NCBI GenBank assembly: GCA_018363335.1
Contig: JAGZOA010000009.1
Location: 4,965 to 68,964 of the forward strand
Direction of reading: 5' to 3'
Source: Haemophilus parainfluenzae
GTDB taxonomy: Bacteria; Pseudomonadota; Gammaproteobacteria; Enterobacterales; Pasteurellaceae
Length of the DNA stretch: 64,000 bases
Shown here one piece after another: positions 12,644 through 21,916 of this stretch. The notes under the pieces are model-generated. The model had not been told where the DNA came from. It did no database searches and saw only the letters and a list, made by a program, of their open reading frames with translations. Positions within the stretch are counted from its first letter, which is position 1. Each line of letters starts with the position of its first letter. A program made the translations under genes and the position numbers.

Positions 12644-13114
12644 CTACATAATTTTAAATATCATTATTGCTAAAGGTACTGCCAATAGGTTGATAATGAG
12701 TGTTGAGAAAAATGCTGATTTTGCGGAGCGGATAAAAATTGCAGGCTTAAAGAGCACAATTAAACTTGACAATACAAAACAAGCCGCCCCCCAAACAGAA
12801 TATAGAAGCCAGATAAATTCGCCACCTAAGCCTCCATCTTTTGCAAGTAAATAAGAAAGTAATGCATGAAGAGCAAAAGCCAATAAAGCTGAAGCCGTTA
12901 CAGCGGCACTACGTAATCTCGTATATAAAATAAACGATGCGATCATTGGAGCCCAAAACCAAGCTACTAGGTTACGAAAAAATATCTGAATCCGAACTGA
13001 AGTTTCTTCTTCAACCAAATAGGAATCTCCAAAGACCAAATGAATGGAAAATGCAAGTGATGTAAGCAAACATAACGCCACACTAGCAATCGCAATTTTT
13101 TTCTCTAACGTCAT
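12644..13114 (-). CDS. small polytopic membrane protein of unknown function embedded between iscU and iscA (ORF track 12644..13120 with GTG; ATG at 13114)
   Basis: 4-5 predicted hydrophobic helices, 10 bp from iscA start, preceded by a USS hairpin. Confidence 0.4.
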   Translation of the reverse strand: MTLEKKIAIASVALCLLTSLAFSIHLVFGDSYLVEEETSVRIQIFFRNLVAWFWAPMIASFILYTRLRSAAVTASALLAFALHALLSYLLAKDGGLGGEFIWLLYSVWGAACFVLSSLIVLFKPAIFIRSAKSAFFSTLIINLLAVPLAIMIFKIM

Positions 13115-13167
13115 GACCACTGCACCTTTCTAAGAGCTTAATTTCTCGATGCTCATGTATTAAGTAT

Positions 13168-13195
13168 AAAGTGCGGTCATTTTCGACCGCACTTT
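13168..13195. terminator. inverted USS pair hairpin (AAAGTGCGGTCATTTTCGACCGCACTTT) immediately downstream of iscU
   Basis: Perfect 12-bp inverted repeat; weak U-tract, so possibly an attenuating intra-locus hairpin. Confidence 0.5.
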
Positions 13196-13198
13196 TGA

Positions 13199-13582
13199 TT
13201 ACTTACCTTGTTTATTTTTGTAGTCAGCAATGGCGGCTTTAATTGCGTCTTCTGCTAAGATTGAGCAATGAACTTTTACCGGTGGTAATTCAAGTTCTTC
13301 CGCAATTTGGCTGTTTTTTATTGCACCTGCTTCATCTAAAGATTTGCCTTTTACCCATTCGGTAATTAAAGAGCTAGAAGCGATCGCAGAACCACAACCA
13401 TAAGTTTTGAATTTTGCATCTTCAATAATGCCGCTGTCATTTACTTTGATTTGTAACTGCATAACGTCACCACAAGCTGGCGCACCCACCATGCCGGTTC
13501 CCACCGAATTATCTTTTTTGTCCATTGAACCAACATTGCGTGGATTTTCGTAATGATCGATAACTTTTTCGCTGTATGCCAT
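13199..13582 (-). CDS. iscU: Fe-S cluster scaffold IscU
   Basis: 127 aa, GAPACGDVM / CGSAIASSS motifs. Confidence 0.95.
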   Translation of the reverse strand: MAYSEKVIDHYENPRNVGSMDKKDNSVGTGMVGAPACGDVMQLQIKVNDSGIIEDAKFKTYGCGSAIASSSLITEWVKGKSLDEAGAIKNSQIAEELELPPVKVHCSILAEDAIKAAIADYKNKQGK

Positions 13583-13636
13583 ATTCTTTTCCTTTCCTAA
13601 ATAAGTTGCTATCAGGCGGTCAAGCCGCCTTAAAAA

Positions 13637-14857
13637 TTAGTGGGCAGCCCACTCAATAGTGTTTAAATCAATGCCTTCTTTGAACATATCCCAAAGTGGC
13701 GATAATTCACGAAGTTTCGCTACTGCACCATGCATTAAATTAATGGTGTAATCAATTTCTTCTTCAGTGGTCCAACGACCAAGAGTGAAACGAATTGAGC
13801 TATGCGCTAATTCATCATTACGACCTAATGCACGTAATACATAAGATGGCTCTAAACTTGCAGACGTACAAGCGGAACCAGAAGATACTGCAATATCACG
13901 TAATGCCATCATTAATGACTCACCTTCAACATAGTTAAAGCTAATGTTCAAATTATTCGCTACGCGGTGTTCCATTGAACCATTTACATAGGTTTCTTCA
14001 ATGTCTTTAAGACCATTGTATAAACGATCGCGCAATGCTCGAATGCGTGGAATTTCAGTGTCCATTTCTTCTTTTGCAATGCGATATGCTTCACCCATAC
14101 CAACGATTTGGTGTACCGGTAATGTACCTGAACGCATGCCACGCTCGTGACCACCACCATGGATAATCGCTTCTAAACGAACACGCGGTTTACGGCAAAC
14201 ATATAATGCACCAATCCCTTTTGGTCCGTACAATTTGTGGCTAGACATTGACATTAAATCAACCTGTAATTCCGCAAGATTGATTTCGACTTTACCTACA
14301 CTTTGTGTTGCATCTACGTGGAAAATGGTTTTGTTTGCACGGCAAAGCTCACCAATTGCTTTAATATCTTGAATCACGCCAATCTCATTATTCACATGCA
14401 TAATTGACACAACAATTGTATCTGGACGCAATGCTGCTTTAAATTTCTCAAGATCGATTAAACCATCTTCTTCAGGATCTAAATAAGTGACTTCAAAGCC
14501 TTCACGCTCTAACTGACGACAAGTATCCAATACGGCTTTGTGTTCTGTTTTGCAAGTGATAATGTGCTTACCTTTTGTTTGATAAAAGTGCGCTGCGCCT
14601 TTAATTGCAAGGTTATCTGCTTCTGTTGCGCCAGAAGTAAACACGATCTCACGTGAGTCTGCGCCAATCAAATCAGCAATTTGATTACGTGCAATATCAA
14701 CGGCTTCTTCAGCTTGCCAGCCAAATTTATGTGAACGAGATGCTGGATTACCGAATACACCATCAATGGTTAAATATTCCATCATTTTTTTAGCCACACG
14801 TTCATCAACCGGACATGTTGCTGCATAATCTAAATAAATTGGTAATTTCATTTTCAC
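13637..14857 (-). CDS. iscS: cysteine desulfurase IscS
   Basis: 406 aa, PLP-dependent ([18 protein letters not shown]). Confidence 0.95.
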   Translation of the reverse strand: MKMKLPIYLDYAATCPVDERVAKKMMEYLTIDGVFGNPASRSHKFGWQAEEAVDIARNQIADLIGADSREIVFTSGATEADNLAIKGAAHFYQTKGKHIITCKTEHKAVLDTCRQLEREGFEVTYLDPEEDGLIDLEKFKAALRPDTIVVSIMHVNNEIGVIQDIKAIGELCRANKTIFHVDATQSVGKVEINLAELQVDLMSMSSHKLYGPKGIGALYVCRKPRVRLEAIIHGGGHERGMRSGTLPVHQIVGMGEAYRIAKEEMDTEIPRIRALRDRLYNGLKDIEETYVNGSMEHRVANNLNISFNYVEGESLMMALRDIAVSSGSACTSASLEPSYVLRALGRNDELAHSSIRFTLGRWTTEEEIDYTINLMHGAVAKLRELSPLWDMFKEGIDLNTIEWAAH

Positions 14858-14914
14858 TCCTAAATAACTACCAAAAATGCCATCATTTTGACCGCACTTT
14901 GATCTACTTTCCTA

Positions 14915-15370
14915 TTATTGGTTGACTACAACCAAATCATCAAAATCTTTGTGAGCTTTATGTTTTCCTGATTTTTTCTCCACAAGCTCAGCTAATGTAA
15001 TCTCATCTAAAAAATCAGAAATTCGATCACTCAAATCTTGCCATAAAGAATGAGTTAAACATTCAACACCACCTTTACAATTTCCTTTTCCAAGACATCT
15101 TGTGACATTAATGTTCTCATTGACTGCAGAGATCACCATACCGATAGAAATTTGATCGGCTGGCAATGCTAAACGATAGCCACCACCTGGGCCTCGAACG
15201 CTTTTTACTAATCCACCTCGGCGCAATTTTGCAAATAATTGCTCAAGATACGAAAGTGAAATACTTTGACGTTCTGAAATATCTGCCAAACAAACCGGAT
15301 CGGTTCCAGCATGTAATGCGATATCTAAAATTGCGGTAACCGCATATCGTCCTTTAGATGTAAGCTTCAT
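14915..15370 (-). CDS. iscR: Rrf2-family Fe-S regulator IscR
   Basis: 151 aa, [16 protein letters not shown]... with Cys cluster. Confidence 0.9.
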   Translation of the reverse strand: MKLTSKGRYAVTAILDIALHAGTDPVCLADISERQSISLSYLEQLFAKLRRGGLVKSVRGPGGGYRLALPADQISIGMVISAVNENINVTRCLGKGNCKGGVECLTHSLWQDLSDRISDFLDEITLAELVEKKSGKHKAHKDFDDLVVVNQ

Positions 15371-15399
15371 AAAGCATCCCTATTAATCGTCATTTAGAT

Positions 15400-15431
15400 A
15401 GTTTACATATCTGACTATGATAGTCAATTTT
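15400..15431 (-). promoter_or_regulatory. isc promoter (TTGACT-N16-TAAACT) with an IscR type-1-like palindrome TGACTATGATAGTCA overlapping the -35 and spacer; overlaps trmJ 3' end
   Basis: Perfect inverted repeat GACTAtgaTAGTC matching the GACTRwwwYAGTC core of IscR boxes; hexamers read directly. Confidence 0.5.
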
Positions 15432-16149
15432 ACTCTTTTTGCAGTTCAAGGCGTTTTTCAACCGCACTTAACATTCCACGCAAAATATTTAATTCATTTT
15501 TTTCGAGAGAAGAACGGTTATAAAGCCGTCTTAACTTTTGTATAACACCTTGATTTTGAATAAAACCAAGTGATTGATATACCTGTTCCGTATGCGCAAA
15601 AAAATACTCCATTTCTTGTGCTGTTGGATAGATATCTTCTATCGTTGAAAGTGTACTTTCCGTTCTTTCTTTAGCTAAAAATGCCATTCGCATTTCATAA
15701 CTCACTAACTGTACGGCCATCGCTAGATTTAGCGAGGAATATTCAGGGTTAGCGGGAATATTTAAATGATAATGACATTTAAGTAATTCTTCATTTGTGA
15801 GCCCAACACGCTCACGACCGAACACAATCGCGACTTGGCCTTGATAAGCACAGGCTTTCTCTGCACATTCTCTAGGTTCAATCAACGTACTCTGTAAATG
15901 ACGCAATCTCGCACTGGTACCAATTACCAAAGAGCAATCTTCTATTGCTTGCTCAAAACTATCGACAATTTGGGCATTTCGCACGAGGTCATCTGCGCCA
16001 GCGGCTAATGCAATAGATTGTTCATCCACCGATTTTGGTGATACTAAATAGAGATTGGATAATCCCATCGTTTTCATCGCACGTGCAGCAGAACCGATGT
16101 TCCCACTGTGTGATGTTTCAACCAAAATAATACGAATATTTTGTAACAT
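15430..16149 (-). CDS. trmJ: tRNA (cytidine/uridine-2'-O)-methyltransferase TrmJ (SpoU family)
   Basis: 239 aa, MLQNIRIILVETSHSGNIGSAARAMKTMGL matches E. coli TrmJ. Confidence 0.85.
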   Translation of the reverse strand: MLQNIRIILVETSHSGNIGSAARAMKTMGLSNLYLVSPKSVDEQSIALAAGADDLVRNAQIVDSFEQAIEDCSLVIGTSARLRHLQSTLIEPRECAEKACAYQGQVAIVFGRERVGLTNEELLKCHYHLNIPANPEYSSLNLAMAVQLVSYEMRMAFLAKERTESTLSTIEDIYPTAQEMEYFFAHTEQVYQSLGFIQNQGVIQKLRRLYNRSSLEKNELNILRGMLSAVEKRLELQKE

Positions 16150-16271
16150 TTTTATGCCCGACTTAAAGTTGTGGATATTCTACCATAATAACCGCCAAAT
16201 ATAGTCAAGAATTTTGAAAATATTTTAATTTTTTGTAAATTTTTAACAAACAGGAGAAATAAGATGTTGAC

Positions 16272-16347
16272 TGGTGGGCTGTGAGAGGCTCGAACTCTCG
16301 ACCGACGGATTAAGAGTCCGCTGCTCTACCAACTGAGCTAACAACCC
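16272..16347 (-). tRNA. tRNA-Lys with anticodon CUU (loop CUCUUAA)
   Basis: Cloverleaf reads GGGUUGUUAGCUCAGUUGGUAGAGCAGCGGACUCUUAAUCCGUCGGUCGAGAGUUCGAGCCUCUCACAGCCCACCA on minus strand. Confidence 0.8.
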
Positions 16348-16377
16348 AACCGGTTAAAAATGATTTGATAAATGGAT

Positions 16378-16453
16378 GGTGGGTCGTGAAGGATTCGAAC
16401 CTTCGACCAACGGATTAAAAGTCCGCTGCTCTACCGACTGAGCTAACGACCCA
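16378..16453 (-). tRNA. tRNA-Lys (UUU)
   Basis: GGGUCGUUAGCUCAGUCGGUAGAGCAGCGGACUUUUAAUCCGUUGGUCGAAGGUUCGAAUCCUUCACGACCCACCA. Confidence 0.9.
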
Positions 16454-16477
16454 TCAGGGAATGCTTAAAAATAAAAG

Positions 16478-16553
16478 TGGTGGGTCGTGAAGGATTCGAA
16501 CCTTCGACCAACGGATTAAAAGTCCGCTGCTCTACCGACTGAGCTAACGACCC
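16478..16553 (-). tRNA. tRNA-Lys (UUU), identical second copy
   Basis: Identical sequence to the preceding copy. Confidence 0.9.
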
Positions 16554-16619
16554 ACGTCATTTCGTAACAGGTGCGTATAATACCGATTTTATTTTCTGAC
16601 GCAAGAAAAATCTGAAGAA

Positions 16620-16648
16620 ATTATGCTAATTGCGTGAATACTCGTCAA
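16620..16648 (-). promoter_or_regulatory. sigma70-like promoter for the tRNA-Lys cluster (TTGACG-N17-CATAAT on minus strand)
   Basis: Hexamers read directly about 60 nt upstream of the first tRNA. Confidence 0.5.
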
Positions 16649-16673
16649 TTTTTAATAAAATTTTAGATAAAGA

Positions 16674-16703
16674 AAAACGGAGAGCATATTGCTCTCCGTT
16701 TTA
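16674..16703. terminator. rho-independent terminator after pal (AAACGGAGAGCA-tatt-GCTCTCCGTTT plus T-tract)
   Basis: 12-bp stem and U-tract. Confidence 0.7.
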
Positions 16704-16726
16704 TAAGAATCAAGATTCTCTAAAAA

Positions 16727-17197
16727 TTAGTATGCTAACACTGCACGACGGTTTTTAGAGTATGCTGCTTCATCGTGACCTAACACTGCAGGTTTTTCTT
16801 CACCGTAAGAAACAGTTGATACTTTACCTGCGTCAACACCTTTACCAGCTAAGAAACCTTTAACTGCGTCAGCACGACGTTGACCTAAAGCGATGTTGTA
16901 CTCTGGAGTACCACGTTCGTCAGTGTTACCTTCAACAACAACTTTAGAAGCTGGCGTTGCATTTAAGTATGCAGCGTGAGCATCTAAGATTTGAACGTAT
17001 TCACCTTCGATGTTGAATTTGTCGAAACCGAAGTAAACGGTGTTGTAACGTTGTTGAAGATCTTCAACAGAGTAACCACCGAAAGTTTGGCCGTTGTTGT
17101 TAGCACCGTTGCCTGCTGCATCGTTGTTTGATGAGCTACATGCTGCTAATGCAGCTACTGAACCAGCAACTAATAATGATTTAACAAATTTGTTCAT
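16727..17197 (-). CDS. pal: peptidoglycan-associated outer membrane lipoprotein Pal (P6); start at MNKFVK
   Basis: Lipobox LAAC, OmpA-like C-domain; near-identical to H. influenzae P6 as recalled. Confidence 0.95.
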   Translation of the reverse strand: MNKFVKSLLVAGSVAALAACSSSNNDAAGNGANNNGQTFGGYSVEDLQQRYNTVYFGFDKFNIEGEYVQILDAHAAYLNATPASKVVVEGNTDERGTPEYNIALGQRRADAVKGFLAGKGVDAGKVSTVSYGEEKPAVLGHDEAAYSKNRRAVLAY

Positions 17198-17221
17198 TAG
17201 ATTTCTCCTCAATGAGTTCTT

Positions 17222-18505
17222 TTATTTAGTCAAATATGGTGACCAAGCAGGAAATTTCACTTGGCCATTACTTCCTGGAAGACTCGCCTTAAAGCGACCA
17301 TCTGCAGAAACTAATTGTAACACCTTTCCTAACCCTTGTGTAGAGCTGTAAATAATCATGATACCGTTAGGCGAAATGCTTGGGCTTTCACCTAAGAAAG
17401 ATGTACTTAATACTTCAGAGCTACCAGTTGTGAGATCTTGTTTCACCACGTTGTTATTACCATTAATCATCACAAGTGTTTTACCATCACTACTGATTTG
17501 CGCACTACCGCGACCGCCTACTGGTGACGCGCCACCACCGCTTGCACTCATACGATAAACTTGTGGTGAACCGCTTCTATCTGAAGTAAAGAGAATTGAG
17601 CTACCATCTGGAGACCATGACGGTTCTGTATTATTACCCGCACCGCTAGTTAATTGAGTAGGTTTTCCTCCATTTGAGCTCATTACATAGATGTTTAATA
17701 AACCATCTTGTGAAGAAGCAAACGCAAGTTTAGAACCGTCTGGAGAGAACGCTGGTGCACCGTTATGACCAGGGAAAGAAGCAACAACTTTACGAGAACC
17801 TGAACCTAAGTCTTGTACAACAAGTTGTGATTTTTTGTTCTCAAAAGATACATACGCTAAGCGTTTACCATCTGGAGACCATGCTGGAGACATAATTGGT
17901 TGTGAGCTACGATTTACGATGAATTGATTGTAACCATCATAATCTGCTACACGAACTTCATAAGGTTGCGAACCACCATTTTTTTGCACTACATAAGCAA
18001 TACGTGTTCTGAATGCACCACGAATACCAGTTAATTTTTCAAATACTTCATCACTCACGGTATGTGCACCATAACGTAACCATTTGTTTGTCACGGTATA
18101 GCTATTTTGCGCAAGTACTGCACCTGGCGTACCTGATGCACCCACAGTATCAACTAACTGATAAGAAATGTTATAACCACTACCCGTTGAAGTCACTTGA
18201 CCTACCACAACAGCATCAATACCTAAAGCAGTCCAAGCCTCTGGTTTCACTTCTGCTGCGGTTGTTGGTTGTTGTGGCATTTGGCTTACTGGAATTGGAT
18301 TAAATTTACCACTATTACGTAAGTCATCCGCAACAATTTGACCAATATTTTCAGGTGCAGAACCTGCGAAAGGAACAACTGCGATAGGACGAGCCCCATC
18401 AACCCCTTCATCGATCACAATTCGTACTTCATCTTCTGCCATTGCTGTGCCTGCAAATGCAAACATCACCACAAATAGCCCCATAACACGTTTGATCAAT
18501 TTCAT
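17222..18505 (-). CDS. tolB: Tol-Pal system periplasmic beta-propeller protein TolB
   Basis: 427 aa with signal peptide and repeated PxWSPDG motifs. Confidence 0.95.
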   Translation of the reverse strand: MKLIKRVMGLFVVMFAFAGTAMAEDEVRIVIDEGVDGARPIAVVPFAGSAPENIGQIVADDLRNSGKFNPIPVSQMPQQPTTAAEVKPEAWTALGIDAVVVGQVTSTGSGYNISYQLVDTVGASGTPGAVLAQNSYTVTNKWLRYGAHTVSDEVFEKLTGIRGAFRTRIAYVVQKNGGSQPYEVRVADYDGYNQFIVNRSSQPIMSPAWSPDGKRLAYVSFENKKSQLVVQDLGSGSRKVVASFPGHNGAPAFSPDGSKLAFASSQDGLLNIYVMSSNGGKPTQLTSGAGNNTEPSWSPDGSSILFTSDRSGSPQVYRMSASGGGASPVGGRGSAQISSDGKTLVMINGNNNVVKQDLTTGSSEVLSTSFLGESPSISPNGIMIIYSSTQGLGKVLQLVSADGRFKASLPGSNGQVKFPAWSPYLTK

Positions 18506-18546
18506 TTAATCACCTTATTTTAACGTTGTTATTTTCCTAAAACCAA

Positions 18547-19794
18547 TTATCGAGCATTGATATCAAAATCGATAGCCGGCGCTTTATATTTCTCATACAC
18601 TGCATCAGATGGTGCTGCTGGAACTTTTTTCGTTCTTGCCACCGCACTTAATGCTGCAGTACAGATATCATCAGGTCCAGAAACTCGTTGGTAAGCTAAA
18701 ATAGTACCATCTCGACCGAGTTGAATTTTAATGCGGCAAACTTTACCGGCAAAACTTGGATCTTTTAAGAAGCGGCGTTGAATTTCACGCTTAATTACAC
18801 CCGCATATTGGTCACCTACTTTGCCACCATCTCCAGCACCAAGTCCTGCACCACTACCTTGTGTACCGCCTTTATTCGCATTACCGCCTTTAGATGCGCT
18901 ACCACCACCGATGTCACCACCGTTCATGAAATCATCTAAAGCAGCTTGATCCGCTTTACGTTTTGCTGCATCTGCTTTGGCTTTCGCATCAGCCTTCGCT
19001 TTAGCTTCTGCATCCGCTTTAGCTTTTGCCTCGGCCTTCGCTTTTGCTTCAGCCTCTGCTTTCGCTTTTGCATCAGCTTCTGCTTTAGCTTTTGCCTTAG
19101 CCTCTGCTTCTGCTTTCGCTTTGGCGTCTGCCTCAGCTTTTGCCTTCGCTTTTGCTTCAGCCTCTGCTTTCGCTTTCGCCTCAGCCTTAGCTTTAGCATC
19201 TGCTTCTGCCTTTTCTTTCGCTTTTTGAGCTTCTGCTTGCGCCTTCGCTTTTGCCTCTTCTTCAGCCTGTTTAGCGGCTGCCGCTAAACGTTTTGCCTCA
19301 GCTTCAGCTTTCAACTTCGCTGCCTCTGCAGCTTGTTTTGCTTTTGCTTCTTCAGCTTGTTTCTGTTTTTCTAACGCCTCTTGACGAGCAAGCTCTTGCT
19401 GCTGTTTTTGCTTTTCAATTTCTTGCTGCTTTTGTTTTTCAAGTTCTTTTTGACGTTGAATTTCCTGCTGACGCTTAATCTCTTCTTGTTTCGCAATTTC
19501 TTGCTGATTTGGTTCAGGTTCAGGCTCTGGTTTTTTCTCTTCAACTACAGGCTCAGGTTTCTTCTGTTTATCAGTTTGACCTTTTTTCTGTTGTTGAATA
19601 CGTCCCCATTCCTGTGCTGCGCTGCCAGTATCGACCATCACAGCTCCCATGGCATCACCTTCACCTTCTCCACCACCCATTATTTCAACGGTTTGATAAA
19701 GAGAGCTCCAAATCAACAAACCAAACAATGCAAGGTGCATCGCAATAGAGATGACAAACTCATTTGCACGTTTTTTTCGTCGATTATTCTGCAC
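18547..19794 (-). CDS. tolA: TolA with long Ala/Lys/Glu-rich helical domain
   Basis: N-terminal TM anchor, extended AKAEAEAKAKA repeats, conserved C-terminal domain. Confidence 0.9.
   Translation of the reverse strand: MQNNRRKKRANEFVISIAMHLALFGLLIWSSLYQTVEIMGGGEGEGDAMGAVMVDTGSAAQEWGRIQQQKKGQTDKQKKPEPVVEEKKPEPEPEPNQQEIAKQEEIKRQQEIQRQKELEKQKQQEIEKQKQQQELARQEALEKQKQAEEAKAKQAAEAAKLKAEAEAKRLAAAAKQAEEEAKAKAQAEAQKAKEKAEADAKAKAEAKAKAEAEAKAKAKAEADAKAKAEAEAKAKAKAEADAKAKAEAEAKAKAEAKAKADAEAKAKADAKAKADAAKRKADQAALDDFMNGGDIGGGSASKGGNANKGGTQGSGAGLGAGDGGKVGDQYAGVIKREIQRRFLKDPSFAGKVCRIKIQLGRDGTILAYQRVSGPDDICTAALSAVARTKKVPAAPSDAVYEKYKAPAIDFDINAR
18960..19250. repeat. imperfect tandem coding repeats (about 54-bp units, AKAKAKAEADAKAKAEAE) within tolA
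   Basis: Repeated GCTTTTGCTTCAGCCTCTGC-type units visible in DNA; potential length-variable region. Confidence 0.6.
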
Positions 19795-19812
19795 GGTTTT
19801 ACCTACTTATTC

Positions 19813-20262
19813 TTAAATTGGGTTGGTCATTAAACCCACAGACTTAATGCCGGCAAGATGTAGTAAATTCAGTGCTTTAATCACTTCTTCATAAGGTACA
19901 TCTTTTGCTCCGCCCACTAAGAACATTGTGTTATTGTCTTTATCAAATTCTTGTTTTGATAATTGGGTTACCATTTCTTCGTTAAGGCCTTCTTGGCGTT
20001 GACCACCAATCGAAATCGAATACTGCCCAATACCTGCTACTTCTAAAATAACCGGTGTTTTATCTTCATTTGATACATTTTGACTTTGCACCGAATCAGG
20101 GAGTTCTACTTGAACGCTCTGACTGATAATCGGCGCGGTTGCCATAAAAATTAACACTAAAACTAAAAGAACATCGAGAAATGGCACGATGTTAATTTCA
20201 GATTTAATGTCTTTACGCTGACGACGAGCCATAATTTCCTCTAAAACTTCGCTAAAATCCAC
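19813..20262 (-). CDS. tolR: TolR (ExbD family)
   Basis: 149 aa single-TM ExbD/TolR-like. Confidence 0.9.
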   Translation of the reverse strand: MDFSEVLEEIMARRQRKDIKSEINIVPFLDVLLVLVLIFMATAPIISQSVQVELPDSVQSQNVSNEDKTPVILEVAGIGQYSISIGGQRQEGLNEEMVTQLSKQEFDKDNNTMFLVGGAKDVPYEEVIKALNLLHLAGIKSVGLMTNPI

Positions 20263-20270
20263 CGCACTTT

Positions 20271-20292
20271 CGTTTTATTTATTAAGTGCGGT
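20271..20292. repeat. inverted USS pair between tolQ and tolR (intra-operon hairpin)
   Basis: ACCGCACTTT...AAGTGCGGT. Confidence 0.5.
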
Positions 20293-20309
20293 CAATTTTT
20301 CATTTATTT

Positions 20310-20996
20310 TTAATGGGGCGCTTTACCAAAAGCTTGACGATGTAAAATTGTGGTGAATTCATCAATGAAGTTACCATAATTTTGTTCAATCGCATTTACA
20401 CGTAAGCTTAAACGGTTATACGCCATTACAGCTGGAATCGCCGCAAACAAACCGATTGCTGTTGCGATCAAGGCTTCTGCGATACCGGGAGCAACCATTT
20501 GTAATGTTGCTTGTTTCGCACCACTTAATGCCATAAATGCGTGCATGATCCCCCAAACGGTACCAAATAAACCGATATATGGACTTACAGAAGCAACTGT
20601 TGCTAAGAAAGGCACACGACTTTCAAGCGCTTCTACTTCACGATTCATCGCAAGGTTCATCGCACGAGTCGTACCTTTGATAATTGCTTCTGGTGCATTC
20701 GCATTCACTTGTTTTAAGCGAGAGAATTCTTTAAATCCGACAAAGAAAATTTGTTCGCTACCTGTTAATACTTCACGACGATTAGATAAACCATCATAAA
20801 GTTTATTTAAATCTTCACCAGACCAAAAACGATCTTCAAAAGTGTTCGCTTCTTTTAACGCGCTCGTCAAAATACGGCTACGTTGAATGATGATTGCCCA
20901 AGAAATAATTGAGAACGAAATTAAGATCACAATTACAAGTTGAACAACGATACTCGCTTTTAGAAAAAGATCTAAAAAGTTCAATTCTGCAGTCAT
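20310..20996 (-). CDS. tolQ: TolQ (MotA/ExbB family)
   Basis: 228 aa, three TM helices, ExbB-like. Confidence 0.9.
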   Translation of the reverse strand: MTAELNFLDLFLKASIVVQLVIVILISFSIISWAIIIQRSRILTSALKEANTFEDRFWSGEDLNKLYDGLSNRREVLTGSEQIFFVGFKEFSRLKQVNANAPEAIIKGTTRAMNLAMNREVEALESRVPFLATVASVSPYIGLFGTVWGIMHAFMALSGAKQATLQMVAPGIAEALIATAIGLFAAIPAVMAYNRLSLRVNAIEQNYGNFIDEFTTILHRQAFGKAPH

Positions 20997-21016
20997 TGCA
21001 TACTCCGAAAAGTTAT

Positions 21017-21445
21017 TTACTTTAAAAATGCCGCTTTTAATTCTTCAGGAATTGCGACAGGTTTCATTTTGCCTAGATCAACACAGGCTACCTTTACAGT
21101 AGCCTTTGATAACACCACCGTCTCACGAACTAACCGCTGTTCAAAGAGGATTGTTGCCCCTTTCACTGCCGTTATTTCAGTTTCGACAATAAGATAATCA
21201 TCCAATTTTGCCGGAATACAATAGTCAATAGACATGGTTTTGACCACAAAAGCGACTTGTTGTTCCTGCAATAATGATTGTTGGGAAAAATTAAGCGTTC
21301 TTAAATATTCAGTTCGCGCACGCTCAAAGAAATGTAAGTAACGTGCGTGATACACTACTCCGCCAGCATCCGTGTCCTCATAATAGACACGAACCGGAAA
21401 GGTAAAACATTGGTTATTCAAAATAATGCTCAAATTATCAGCCAT
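21017..21445 (-). CDS. ybgC: acyl-CoA thioesterase YbgC (4HBT fold)
   Basis: 142 aa hotdog-fold; position upstream of tolQ. Confidence 0.85.
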   Translation of the reverse strand: MADNLSIILNNQCFTFPVRVYYEDTDAGGVVYHARYLHFFERARTEYLRTLNFSQQSLLQEQQVAFVVKTMSIDYCIPAKLDDYLIVETEITAVKGATILFEQRLVRETVVLSKATVKVACVDLGKMKPVAIPEELKAAFLK

Positions 21446-21516
21446 AACAAGCCGCTTATTTTAGAACCTGTTCATTAGATGTGCAAGCGCCAAATAATAA
21501 TATTTGTCTATCGTTC

Positions 21517-21807
21517 TTATAATAACCAATGCTGAACAATAGCGATTATTGTGGTGAAATAACCAATAAATGGCAAGAAAACAAGCTGCCATATTGCCCG
21601 TCGAATATCAAATCCAATGCCGTGGATCCATAAATTAATCAATCCCCAAAAGATTGCGAGAATCCAAGCAGGATGAGCAGTTCGAAGTGCGGTCGAAAAT
21701 TGACTTAAATTTAGAAAGAAAGCCGCAGTTAAAAATAACGCTAAAATAAACGAAAGGGTTCGCAAGGAACCCTTATTACTTAATTGATAGAGTGAATTAA
21801 TCATCAT
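21517..21807 (-). CDS. ybgE: cyd operon protein YbgE
   Basis: 96-aa membrane protein following cydB/cydX as in E. coli. Confidence 0.6.
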   Translation of the reverse strand: MMINSLYQLSNKGSLRTLSFILALFLTAAFFLNLSQFSTALRTAHPAWILAIFWGLINLWIHGIGFDIRRAIWQLVFLPFIGYFTTIIAIVQHWLL

Positions 21808-21905
21808 TACTCGTCAAATTTACCTGACTTTTCTTTACCAATGGTTAATTTAGCACTCACCATAACTGCAGCCAACACACCCACTACCCAAATTGCATAT
21901 AACAT
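21807..21905 (-). CDS. cydX: cytochrome bd small subunit CydX (MLYAIWVVGVLAAVMVSAKLTIGKEKSGKFDE)
   Basis: 32-aa single-TM ORF immediately after cydB, not in the ORF track (too short); sequence read from minus strand. Confidence 0.6.
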   Translation of the reverse strand: MLYAIWVVGVLAAVMVSAKLTIGKEKSGKFDE

Positions 21906-21916
21906 ATTGTTTCTCC

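Noticed and set aside
18936-19833. Multiple ORFs antisense to or overlapping tolA (e.g. 18936-19199, 18946-19287, 18977-19228, 19381-19833)
   Set aside because: Artifacts of the low-complexity GCx/AAx repeat coding of TolA; no independent signals.
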